Source of the DNA: Octopus sinensis
Lineage: Eukaryota
Direction of reading: 5' to 3'
NCBI RefSeq assembly: GCF_006345805.1
Contig: NC_043005.1
Coordinates: 35,650,001-35,714,000 of the forward strand
DNA length: 64,000 bases
The position numbers and the translations under genes were made by a program. The notes beneath the pieces were generated by a model. It saw nothing but the letters and a program-made list of their open reading frames with translations. It did no database searches and was not told the DNA's origin. This document shows positions 28,346-40,237 of this stretch, in pieces; positions within the stretch are counted from its first letter, which is position 1, and every line of letters begins with the position of its first letter.

Positions 28346-29430
28346 AAGAGTAAATTATAGGCTTTTCCGTCTTTTAAACGTTCTGGTTTCAAATGTCACC
28401 GAGGTCGACTTTGCCTTTCACCGTTTCAGCATACCTGTTCAACACTGGGGTCGATTTGATCAGCATTCCCCTCCTCTCATCCTCTCAAAACTATGCCGAA
28501 ATTAGAAAGGTTATTATGTTACAATCCAAGGACGGTGTATTGATAGAATAGATAGAGCGTCGGTAAAAATGCTTTGCAGCTCTCTACGTTCTGAGTTCAG
28601 ATCCCACTGTAGTCAAATTTGCCTTTCATCCCTCCGAGGTCGATGAAATAAATTACTAGTGTTGGTACCTTCTACCTAAGAACAGTCAAACAGTCCTAGA
28701 TCAAAGGCGGAAGGCGTGGCACAACAAAACTTTTTAACCGCCGGGCACAACATTTTGCAATATTTGTCCTGGCACATTACATTCATCTTTCATTCTTCCA
28801 AAGCTGATAAAATAAAGTACCTGCCATATGCTGAGGCCCATATCATCGGCAGATTCTCCGCTCCCCCTAATTTCTGGGCTTTTTATTTAATCCTGGATCA
28901 TCCCTGGTCAAGCAAACCAAAGATTGAAAGAGCTTTCAGACATATATTATCACAGCTTTTCTTTTTTTAGGAAAAGTGTATCTAAGACTGCATCATCCAC
29001 TATGTCCTTTCCTTCTTTTTCTTTTTTCTTTTATTTAATACAGTTTATATGAAAAAAGATTTGCTCGCTATATTTCTACAAGTCGAGCATCCAAATAAAG
29101 GGACCCTCACTGAATTACTAAGTAACTAAAAGCAAAAAGTAATTCTTTCGCTCCATAAGACGACGCTTAACTCCAATTTCTGGAACTCTAAGAAAGTAAA
29201 TAAAATAAACCTTATATAACAAGGGCACATGGCCTAGTGTTTATGGTGTTGCATTCACGATTGCAACATCATTGTTTCAATTCCCAGACTTGGCGGTGCG
29301 ATATGTTCTTGAGCAAAACACTTCATTTCCCGTTACGTCAGTCGATTGAGCTGTAAATGAGTAACCCTGCAACAAACTGGAATCTCGTACAAAGAGGAAT
29401 ATTGAGATTTCAATGATTTCATATCAGTGA

Positions 29431-29506
29431 GGGGGGCCGGTGCGCATTGATGCCGTCGAGAGGTAGGCCCCGAAACGGCGCGCATTCTCTCCTGATGACC
29501 CCATAC
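29431..29506 (+). ncRNA. Hammerhead-like structured RNA with permuted (pseudoknotted) strand order
   Basis: gccgTC-gagag (29452-29462), GAAA-cggc (29472-29479), ctctc-CTGATGA (29487-29498); stems I and III pair in canonical register. Confidence 0.55.
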
Positions 29507-29978
29507 ACTTGCTAGCTTCCGATATACGGAGCTTTTAACTGGTAGCACTTGCATGTGCAAGTTGTTTGCAAGATATCACGCCATGAAAACCGAGTTATGG
29601 TAGTAATATCCAAGGGGGAATGATGATATAGCTAAGGCTAAGTCTTATAGGTAACAATCCTACAAAATCTTAATACCATTATTTCCCAACTGAGCAAGCT
29701 AAAACATAGCGGAATCAAGGGTCCGACCTAGAAACGCAACAATTTCTATATAACAGGTTTCAACTAATGAATGATAAAGACATTTCACTTTTATACATTC
29801 GGGTCCGAAAGACAAACTGTATTTCTTCTCCCAACATTCTGTATCAATGAGAAGACGAAATACAGAGACTGTATTCATCATTTTTCTTCCTCTGCTATGG
29901 GGGTCGAACAAGTTAAAATGATTTTTAAAAAACCCTCCTTCTTAACCTTATTAAACATGGAAATGTGTCCTCTGCTTA

Positions 29979-30305
29979 AAAAAGACTCCGCCGGTTACAA
30001 CGACGAGGGTCCCAGCTGATACGATCAACGGAACAGCTTGCTCGTGAAATTAACGTGCAAATGGCTGAGCATTCCACAGACACGTGTACCCTTAACGTAG
30101 TTCTCGGGGATAATCAGCGTGACACAGAGAGTGACAAGGCTGACCCTTTGAAAATACAAGTACAACTCATTTTTGCCAGCTGAGTGGACTGGAGCAACGT
30201 GAAATAAAGTGTCTTGCTCAAGGACACAACGCGTCGCCGGGAATCGAACTCACAACCTTACGATCATGAGCTGAATGCCCTAACCACTAAGCCACGTGCC
30301 CTCAC
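29979..30305 (-). mobile_element. Full-length SINE group C with alternative 3' module
   Basis: tRNA-like head; 13-bp TSD tgtcctctgctta at 29966-29978 and 30306-30318; related copy at 50310-50605 (+). Confidence 0.85.
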
Positions 30306-30818
30306 TGTCCTCTGCTTATTCTATCCTCATAACCCTTACCCAAAGATGAATCAAAGGTTAAACTAAAGAACCGACGTATTGTGAGTCCGGTTCCAGAATC
30401 AATTACATATAGTGTCATGAAGGAAGAAAGGATTCTGCTTTTGTATAGGGAGTGGTATTGCGGGGTATGTAGGATGCACCTGGGTGCGTCTTTTCCAGTA
30501 ATGGGGCAGAATATTATTACAGAAATTAAATTTCACGCGAGTTTAAAATAAGTAATAATGAATATTTCACGGAATTAATAGCAAACGTATTTGGATTATT
30601 CATGAAAACTTTATCAAAAACCGCATGTCATGGACGCTTCTCTTTCCCTCTTTTTCTTTCTCTCTTTCTGCCTCACTCTTCACCTTATCCGCTTTTTCTC
30701 TCTTCCTCTTTTCTTTCTCCCTCTTTTTCTCTAATCACGTGAAAGCGTTACTGGCGGGCTAAGTAACGTAATGGCAAGCAGAATTATTATAAAACATTTG
30801 CACGTATTATACATGTGT

Positions 30819-30863
<45 letters not shown>

Positions 30864-31476
30864 CGTGCGCGCGTAAATTTTTTTATCGCTATTTTCGCGG
30901 ATTCCCATGATTTTCGGATATCCAGTTCCATTATTATGAATTTGAATTGGGAGCTTGAGTTATAGTGAATCTTTCACTAGCTGATTATGCAACAATTAAT
31001 GCCACCCCTATGAATGCGTTGCCGTTACTCACTTAATAGGGCTTGGTGACCCTAACCATTAAAATTTCTAAAATTCCTCCGTTCATCAGTGTTGGCTCAC
31101 TTGAATTCTTCCGCTGCTTCTTCACAATCCGCCATGCTGCAGTCCCATGACATCGTACTAATTTTGGCTGGGTGGTTAAACGGGCGCTATGCTTTGCCAA
31201 AGGGCAGCCCCTGATTATGCAGGTTATGTTTGACACTCCGTGAAGTATTTTCAAACTACCCGCATATCCAAGTACAAAGATAAAAGATGTATACGTATAT
31301 ATGATATTATATCATCGTTTACTTAAAATGTTATACAGATGTAACCGGAAATATAAGAAACGGAGCACAAATATTTTCCTACGTAAATCTTTACAGCTGT
31401 TTCAAAACTTCAGTGATTATATTTGTGTATATGCGTATACAGAGAAAGAAATCTATAGATTTATATTTGTATCCTT

Positions 31477-31527
<51 letters not shown>

Positions 31528-31691
31528 TACATCGGCATAAATATAGACATAAGTAGAAATAAAAAAACAAATATGCCTGCCTACCAAGTTCTATATATAA
31601 TGGTGCTTATAGTTGTTCATGTATGTTTGTTCAAAAGAGTATATAGGGACAGCTTACTGAACATTTTTATTCCTATAGATGCGTGTGTGTT

Positions 31692-31732
<41 letters not shown>

Positions 31733-31998
31733 TGTGTTTACCTATATACATATATGAACAAATACTGCTGTCAAAATATTTTTACGTATCGTCTCCACAG
31801 TGATAAGCCTTTCGCTCACAATTTGGTTTATTAATACCTACAGTCTACCTTGCGTATTTATTCACAGCACAGACCTGATATACATTGACAGACATATAAC
31901 GTGTGTATTTCTATCTCTATTTATTTCTTTCTTTCTCTCTTTCTTTCTTTCTTTCTATCTATTTATCTATCTATCTCTATCTAGCTAATTGTCCGCCC

Positions 31999-32037
<39 letters not shown>

Positions 32038-32280
32038 AGCCTATATTTATCTATCTATATATGGGGTTCGTGTCCCACGGGAAGCCTTCAAATTCTATCT
32101 AAACGGTTTTTTAACCCAATATTTACACGCTATCACGAACAGCCTTATCTGCTTCAAGTTTTGCCGTTGCAATAAATACTTATTTTACGTTCTCTCGAAG
32201 TTTGAAAATTTTTATGACATCAGCAATACATATATACGTACTTATGTATGTATGTATGTATGTAAGTATGTATGTATGCA

Positions 32281-32348
<68 letters not shown>

Positions 32349-32359
32349 AATAATAAATA

Positions 32360-32740
32360 TTAGGGAATAAATAAAATTTACAGGGAAAAAAATCAGATTT
32401 AGGATTAAATCGATTTTATAGTAAAATATTATAAAATATTATTCGAGACAAAACCACTATTTTGCAAAACAACAAGGAAAGACTTAATAATACATAAAAT
32501 TTTAATAAATAGTCAAAAAAACCGCCACTACAATCGTTTCTTGTCTTGATCGACAATCTTCAGGTGGACTTCCAATAATTCAGTGTCGACACTGATTATT
32601 GGAAGTCCACCTGAAGATTGTCGATCAAGACAAGAAACGATTGTAGTGGCGGTTTTTTTTGACTATTTATTAAAATTTTATGTATTAATTAAGTCTTTCC
32701 TTGTTTGTTTTGCAAAATAGTGGTTTTGTCTCGAATAATT
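32360..32740. mobile_element. Palindromic PLE-derived element (arms about 32436-32587 and 32588-32738) in (TA)n
   Basis: Spacerless palindrome centred on cagtgtc|gacactg; HHR in each arm. Confidence 0.8.
32607..32649 (+). ncRNA. Minimal type I hammerhead ribozyme motif (mirror copy about 32526-32568 on minus strand)
   Basis: ccac-CTGAAGA-ttgtc-gatcaa-gacaa-GAAA-cgattg-TA-gtgg; intact core, GUA site at 32643-32645. Confidence 0.88.
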
Positions 32741-32742
32741 TT

Positions 32743-32784
<42 letters not shown>

Positions 32785-32905
32785 CATACATACACATACA
32801 TACATACATACAAACTACATACACACATTATACGTGTGTGAGTGTATATATATGTATATACATATTTATATATATAGCTATGCACACACACACACACACA
32901 CACAC

Positions 32906-32951
<46 letters not shown>

Positions 32952-32957
<6 letters not shown>

Positions 32958-33863
32958 AATGAATGTTTTTTTATATATAATGAACGTGAAATACAGGAAG
33001 GGACGAACACGGACCCAGACAAATCATTCGAAGCCTTCAATCTCTTCATCAGACACCGAATCATCATAGCAAATTTCGGCTGTTCAATTCTGATATTTGC
33101 TCCAACTCGGCCAGCCCCAAGAAAAAAACTAAGCTGTAAGCATTAGATTTCTTGGTAGAAGACAGGAATGTGAACGCCAAGACGGATGTGAATACAAGAG
33201 ACGAACGAAATTGAAAACAGTAATGAATAAACAAAATATATATAACGGTGTTGTCATACGACTTTAGACCAAATGAGACAAAAACAACAACAACAACATA
33301 GCTGGCGTAGAAATAATTACCGTTTCGGTAGCGGGGACACATGTTGGTCGAGATACGAAGGCCAACAGAAGGTTTAAAGCAGCAGGTCGCAGGAGAGAGA
33401 GAAAGAGAGACAGAGAGAGAGGGAATCAAAGAGGGTGGAAGGCAGGGGACAGAATCAGTGACCAAGAGAAAAGGAAAAGAAGGGATAAGGAGGAGGGAGG
33501 AAGAGGGGAGGAGATGGGATGAAGAGAGGAGAAGAATCGGAGGGCGCCAAAAGTTTGGTGAAGAAGCAATGGCGGTAGTAAAAGACAGTGTGTATAGAAA
33601 TCGTGGCAGGGTTAAAATTGGACAAACAAACGGGGGGTGCACGTAACGCCGCAATAATATAAGAATGATGTTTTTATATATAATGAACGTGAAATACAGG
33701 AAGGGACGAAAACGGAACACAGACAATCATTCGAAGCCTTCAATCTCAGTCAGACACCGAATCATCATAGCAAATTTCGGCTGTTCAATTCTGATATTTG
33801 CTCCAACTCGGCCAGCCCCAAGAAAAAAAACTAAGCTGTAAGCATTAGATTTCTTGGTAGAAG
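32952..33863. repeat. About 210-bp direct repeats (32952-33161 and 33658-33863) flanking a 500-bp non-coding interior
   Basis: Near-identical copies read directly. Confidence 0.85.
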
Positions 33864-34771
33864 TATACTTGTTTACGTGAGAAAAACTAAAGCGCATTAA
33901 ATGTCCACATAGAAGCAATATATATTTATGCATATTTCTACATATATTTATATATATATATATATATATGTAAATATATATATATAGGTATATCTGTATT
34001 TATCTATGAATGTATACACTCACACACACACACATATATATAATGTGAGTGTGTGTGGTTGCATATGTGCGTGTGGGGGGGTTGCATATGCGCGTGTATG
34101 TGGAGTGCATGTGTGTGTGCGCGCGCGAGTACGTGTGTGCGTGTGTGTGTATGTATGTGTGTGCATATATGTGTGCGTGTGTGCGTGTAATATAATTTTG
34201 GAAAGTTATAAAGTTATGGTAGAACTAGAACGTGATGTTGTGCCAATATCTTTAAAAGATGATGCAGAAATTCTGCAAGAAATATTTCTGGCCAATGGCA
34301 TCGAAGAACAAAGGGAATGGTTGATGCTTTGAGAAGAGAAGAGATAATGGAGATGTAGAATAACGGCAGAGATAACATTTACAGATAACAATATCAATGT
34401 ATTCTAAGAATTGATAACAGAACAGTTTCTTGGTGAAGTGCTTCTTTAGATGACTGCTGTCCATGTGGTAGGTTGCCTGGTTGTTGAGCGGCGCTGTTTG
34501 GTTAGTCGGGGACTTGGGTGTTGGTGGTGGTGGTGGTGGTGGCGGCGGCGGTGGTGTTGGTGTTGGGGAGGGGTAGCGGTGGTACATTGATGATGTTCAT
34601 GACAAATGTCGTGAAGATGATGATAATGATGAAGGCGATGATAAAGATGATGATAATGATAAAGATGATGATGATGATGTAATCTCAGAACAGGAGTGTA
34701 AATTAAGGGTGTGTATGTCTACACATCTGTATGCACATATACATATCTATGAATCTATCTTTCTTTCTCTC

Positions 34772-34815
<44 letters not shown>

Positions 34816-34825
34816 GCATATACTT

Positions 34826-35135
34826 ACATGCATACATACACACATACATACATACATGCATGCATACATACATATATGTATACATACATACATACATGCA
34901 TGCATGCATTCATACATACATATATACATACATACATACATACACACATACATACATACTTGCATACATACATACATGCATGCATACATGCATGCGTGCG
35001 TGCATACATACATACATACATACATACATACATGCATACATGCATACATACACACATACATACTTGCATACATACATACATACATACATACATACATACA
35101 TACATACATACATACATACATACATACATGCATGC
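34826..35135. repeat. (CATA)n/(CATG) compound microsatellite
   Basis: Direct reading. Confidence 0.9.
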
Positions 35136-35750
35136 ATATGCATATTTTAGATTTTACGTTATAAGAATATGAAGAAAACTAAGTTTCTTAACGGTGGAAC
35201 TCTCGAAGTAGATAATGCTATAGTTAATAGCATGTAAACATCACAGACAAACTCTAACAGTTAGTCTTGGGCTTCTCTCCATCCAAGGGTCTTCAGCCCA
35301 ATATTTACATGTCATTGTTTATAGTTTTATCTACTTAATGTTGACAAATAATCTTGCTTCCTATGTAGATATTTACAAAGATTGCACAAAGTTAATAATG
35401 GTATAGTTTCTTAGAATTGGTTTTATGTACAGTCCGACTGCACGGTAACTTGTGCAAGTGTCTTCTATAGCCTCGGGCAGAACAAAGTCTTGTGAGTGGA
35501 TTTAGTGGACGGAAACAGAAAAAACCCATCGTATATGCACACATACATAGGTGTGCGTGAAAGACAGAAACAAGGAAAATGCCACTTATATTTGAACACT
35601 ATACAAATATTCTTTGAAAAAAAACTTTTCTTTTAATTTCTCTAAATTTAATTATTTAATCGTTACATTTGAAAAGGTCTCAAATGACTGAAACCTGTAC
35701 TGAAATGTTCTTTATAAAATTATTTTAGCATTTTCTATCTTGACTTGTTT

Positions 35751-35790
<40 letters not shown>

Positions 35791-35887
35791 TACATATATA
35801 TATACAAACACACACACACACTGACAGGAGTCAGTGACATGAGCGACTCTAGGATCACTGAACTAGCCTAGTTTCGCCTATCAGTTG

Positions 35888-35970
<83 letters not shown>

Positions 35971-36416
35971 GTGTGTGCGTGTGTCTGTGTGTGTCTGTCT
36001 GTGTGTCTGTGTTCGTCTCCCATCACCGCTGGACAGCCGGTGTTGATGTACTAACGTCCCCGTATATTGCGGCTCGGCAAAATAGATCGATACACTTCAA
36101 GAGATCAAAACAAAAATAGTTAATAGTAATATGTATTGCAGTTAGTTCATTCGACTCCAGCATGGCCGCAGTCTAATGACTGAAACAAGTAACAGACAAA
36201 AGATAAAAGCGGTATAAATGGATTTTTAAAAATATTCCAAGAGATATGAAAGGGCGTGGAATACTTCTTAGCTCTTGACGCCTTTGAGAGTCAGTTTCTG
36301 CTGAAGAAAACGTTTATATTATATACATGAATACACACACACACACACACACACCACACACACATACATACATATATATACATATACATATATATATATA
36401 TATATATATACATATC

Positions 36417-36462
<46 letters not shown>

Positions 36463-36900
36463 TATCTATCTATCTATATAAATACATATATATGGGTGAG
36501 TGCTTATATATATAGATATAGATATAGATACATACATACATACATACATATATACATACATACATACGTACATACATACATACGTACATACATGCATGCG
36601 CACATACATACATACATACATACATACATACATACATACATACATACATACATACATACATACGAACGTACGCATATCCACACACTATAAACGGATCGGT
36701 TACAATGCGACATTCTTTGAGCACAAATTACACAAGAAAATACGAAAGAAGGTGGAGTTATAGATTCTATATGTGTTATGTTAGATACTGTTGATGTTAA
36801 TTTGTTGTATAACACATATTAAAGACAACTACACAAATATCTGACAGAGACAATTACAAATAAATGCTTAACTAGATAAGTTTATATTTAGGCAGTAAGA

Positions 36901-38930
36901 AGTTAGTTAGTTAGTTAGTTAGTTAATTTGGCTCAAAAGCAAATAGCAAGGCCATGTAGGGGGACATGGAGTTAAGTACAGGGTGGTGTTCATGTAAAGA
37001 GTTCAGGCCACTTGAGGTCCAGGGAGGCTTTGAACAAAGCGGTCGTCGGCATCTTCACCATCTCGTCTGGCAGCTTGTTCCACGGATCCGCAACCCGGAC
37101 GGAGAAAGCTCCTCTCCTTCGATAGAGATGAAATCGTCGCAGTAGAGCTTTTCGGAATGACCCCGCAGCCGACGCTCCGGAGCAGGAGTGAAGAACAGCT
37201 CTTTCGAGAGGTTACACTTCCCGCTTATGATGTTGTGGGCGAGAATGAGATCACCACGGCGGCGGCGTTTTTCAAGAGAATAAAGGTCGAGCGTCCTCAG
37301 CCTTTCTTCGTAGGACAAATTTTTGAGACCATGAACCATGCGGGTAGCCAGCCTCTGGACTCTTTCGAGGTGCTGTATGTCTTTGAGGAGATAAGGAGAA
37401 GAGGCTTGAATCCCATACTCCAATATGGGTCTCACCAGCGTGACATAGAGTGGCAGGAATATGGCTGCTGTGAGCATTCCGAATGACCGTCGAATCAAAA
37501 ACAGAATTCCGCGCGCTTTGTTGGCAGCATGGACGCACTGGGCCGAAGGCGAAAAGGAGGAATCCACCAAGATACCCAGGTCCTTTACCTGATTGGGCCT
37601 CTCCAGCAGCAGACGACCCGGCTCGAAATCAAGTTGAGTTGCAGGAGTAGAGCCGACAGGCAGATGACAGCACTTTGACACGTTCAGACACAGGTCCCAA
37701 TCGTTAGACCACTTCCAAATTTGGTGGAGGCATCGACGAAGATCCTCTATACTACCGCGAGGAGCGACCAGTTTGATATCGTCGGCAAATAGAAGGGTGT
37801 GTTGCGTGAGGTCGTCGGGCAAGTCATTTATGAAGACTAAGAACAACAAGGGCCCAAGCACTGAACCTTGAGGCACGCCACTGCTCGCACTGGAGACGTC
37901 GGACCGCGAACCATTAACTTGAACTTGGAAGGAGCGATCTGAGAGGAAGGCACCAACCCATCGTACAATATCCGGATGGAAACTATATGCTTGAAGCTTG
38001 ACAAGTAGTAGGCGGTGGTTTACCGAGTCAAAAGCTTTGGCAAAGTCCAATAAAACGATGTCAACAGCATCACTATCATCGAGGATGCGCGTCACCAGTT
38101 CTTCCATTACTAGTAAGTTGGTCAAGCATGATCTCTTCGGCACGAAGCCGTGTTGGGAATCAGTGATCGAGGCTGTGTTTAGGAGGTGGAGCATCATACT
38201 TTTCTTAAGGATGGTTTCGAACATCTTGCTGATTATTGATGTAAGGGAAACCGGTCGGTAGTTAAGCGGGTCTTCGCGGCTCCCTTTCTTGAAAATTGGG
38301 CAGATTATCGCTGTTCTCCAGTCTGCAGGTATAACACACCGTCGCCAATGACATATTGAATATAGTCGTGTTAAGGGCTCGCAGATGACCGGAGCCAACG
38401 CTTTGATAACCCGTGGGTGTATGCCGTCAGGGCCGTGACCCTTGTTGACATCGAGGCCTTGAATAACACGTTTGACTTGGTCCCGCGTGATGATCAATCG
38501 AGCATTGGAGGTACCGATCTATCAAATGGAGGGGTTTCACGACCATCATCTTGTTTGAAAATAGTTGAAAAAGCCTCGCAAAAATTGACTCTGTTGATAA
38601 GGGTCCTCAATCGAAACGCCTGTTGAGTCTACCAACGTTGCAATCTGGTTGTTCAAGCGGGAATTCCGCTGGACATGGGCAAAGAAGGTTTTTGGATTGC
38701 TACTGGCATTTGCCGCGATTTTGTATTCATAACTGAAGCGTTCTTTCTTTTCAATTTTCACGGCTCGGTCTCGTTGAGTTTTGTACACCTCAAAAGCTGC
38801 AGTCGAATCCAGATTTTTGAATTCAGCCCAAGCAATATCTCTGAGTCGACGTTCTCGTTTAACCTTCTTCGTCACCCAGGCTTGTGTTTCTTCCTCTTGG
38901 GAAGTCCAACGGGAACTGCCTGGTCAGGAA
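36901..38930 (-). mobile_element. 5'-truncated CR1-type LINE with (AACT)n tail
   Basis: ORFs 38546-38875 and 37055-38497: GPDGIHP, NYRPVSLTS, QHGF, LDFAKAFD, GVPQGSVLGP, LFADD, KDLG; a few frameshifts. Confidence 0.95.
37055..38497 (-). CDS. Non-LTR reverse transcriptase (ORF2 fragment; C-terminus frameshifted near 37142)
   Basis: Complete RT motif set in the 480-aa translation. Confidence 0.85.
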   Translation of the reverse strand: MIITRDQVKRVIQGLDVNKGHGPDGIHPRVIKALAPVICEPLTRLYSICHWRRCVIPADWRTAIICPIFKKGSREDPLNYRPVSLTSIISKMFETILKKSMMLHLLNTASITDSQHGFVPKRSCLTNLLVMEELVTRILDDSDAVDIVLLDFAKAFDSVNHRLLLVKLQAYSFHPDIVRWVGAFLSDRSFQVQVNGSRSDVSSASSGVPQGSVLGPLLFLVFINDLPDDLTQHTLLFADDIKLVAPRGSIEDLRRCLHQIWKWSNDWDLCLNVSKCCHLPVGSTPATQLDFEPGRLLLERPNQVKDLGILVDSSFSPSAQCVHAANKARGILFLIRRSFGMLTAAIFLPLYVTLVRPILEYGIQASSPYLLKDIQHLERVQRLATRMVHGLKNLSYEERLRTLDLYSLEKRRRRGDLILAHNIISGKCNLSKELFFTPAPERRLRGHSEKLYCDDFISIEGEELSPSGLRIRGTSCQTRW

Positions 38931-39430
38931 GAGGAAGTAACTCATATGTTTACAGAGTGAGTTGGTGTTTCGCAGTAGATTTACGATTTAAATTCAAGAA
39001 AATATTACAGAATTAATGAAGATATATAAGTGTAAAGTACAGCAGGTTAGAGGTAAGAATTAAAGATAATTAAGAGTGAAATTTTTATTAATCAGAACTC
39101 GTTCATTTTTCATTACCTATATCTGTTTTAACTATTACAGTTATAATTTTCTTTAATCAAACTACTAATACGCTAGAATTTACAAAGGCGGCGAGCTGGT
39201 AGAATCGTCAGCATGTGAGGCAAGATGCTTAGCGGCATTTCGTCCGTCTGTGTGTTCTGAGTTCAAATTTCACCTAGGTCGATTTTTGCCTTTCATCCTT
39301 TCGGGGTCGATAATATGGGTACCAGTTGAGAACTGGGATCAATGTAATCGATTACCTAGATCTCCGAATTAGCTGGATGTCAAGCGGTGGTGGGGGACAC
39401 ACAAAGGCACACACATACACATATATATAC

Positions 39431-40008
39431 ATCCACTCATTTGCGAAAATCTGTCCATTTTTAAATTTTTGTCCTAATGTATTTGACACGTTCCATATCT
39501 CTTATCATTATACTTGGATACTGTGAATTTTGCCTTTGTTTCTATAGGTTATGTGATTGCCTTTTGCTTAAAATAAGTGTTTGATTAGTTATTATGTTTT
39601 TAAATTTTTCACTTTGTTTCATGATTGGCAAATTTGTTTTGATGACGTTAAAAATGTTTTGGTGATGCGGATTGTGTGTTACTAGAAATAGTATTGTGTT
39701 CCGTTGATGAGTTCATCTTCCTCGTGTTGCCCTAAGCTGTTTTATAGGTATCTCTTATGCTCGTTGTATGCTATTTTCTATCTGTAGGAGAGACTAATTT
39801 TGCTTGAGCAGAAATCCTTTGAGTTCTATAAGTCGTATGTTCCTGGTATTTGGGTCATCTACTATAGTACAAATTTTCTTGGCTAGACAGTATGGGATGT
39901 TGCGTTTTGTGTGTGTTGGGTAGCAATATTTAAAATTTCGGTACTGGTGTGCATCTGTGCGTTTGTAATGAATATCATTTGTGATTGTGGTGTTTGTTTT
40001 TAATTACC
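39431..40008 (-). pseudogene. Penelope-like element RT C-terminus and decayed Cys-rich linker (Neptune-like)
   Basis: Minus-strand translation ITNDIHYKRTDAHQYRNFKYCYPTHTKRNIPYCLAKKICTIV, then VTHNP, SKRQSHNL and AKFTVSKYNDKRYGTC; not in the ORF track because of stops. Confidence 0.8.
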
Positions 40009-40019
40009 ATATATATTTA

Positions 40020-40204
40020 AGTTGAAAAGGTTGCAAGACGCAACGAAAATTTTAGGAAAATAAAAAAATAAGAAAAAAGTGGAAATTTTACCGGTGAGTG
40101 TGTTATATTATAAGGCACAAAAAGGAAATGACTCTCCCCAGACACAACAGAATATGCTTCAACACACAAACTCATATAGAGAATCTTGCAAACCAAATCC
40201 AAAA

Positions 40205-40206
<2 letters not shown>
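40020..40206 (+). mobile_element. PLE pseudo-LTR segment, inverted relative to the adjacent RT remnant, with a U3-A8 HHR core
   Basis: TTGAAAA-g-gttgc-aagac-gcaac-GAAA-attt-TA at 40022-40054; matches 1639-1825; ends in (TA)n. Confidence 0.7.

Positions 40207-40237
<31 letters not shown>

Noticed and set aside
33016-33057. CTGATGA...GAA on the minus strand of the direct repeat
   Set aside because: No GAAA, no stem I pairing, and the motif is altered in the second repeat copy.
34195-34332. Non-repetitive peptide ILESYKVMVELERDVV...
   Set aside because: Short, with no recognisable family and no convincing splice context.
37157-38261. Antisense and alternate-frame ORFs duplicated at 61960-63273
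   Set aside because: Shadow ORFs of the two CR1 copies.
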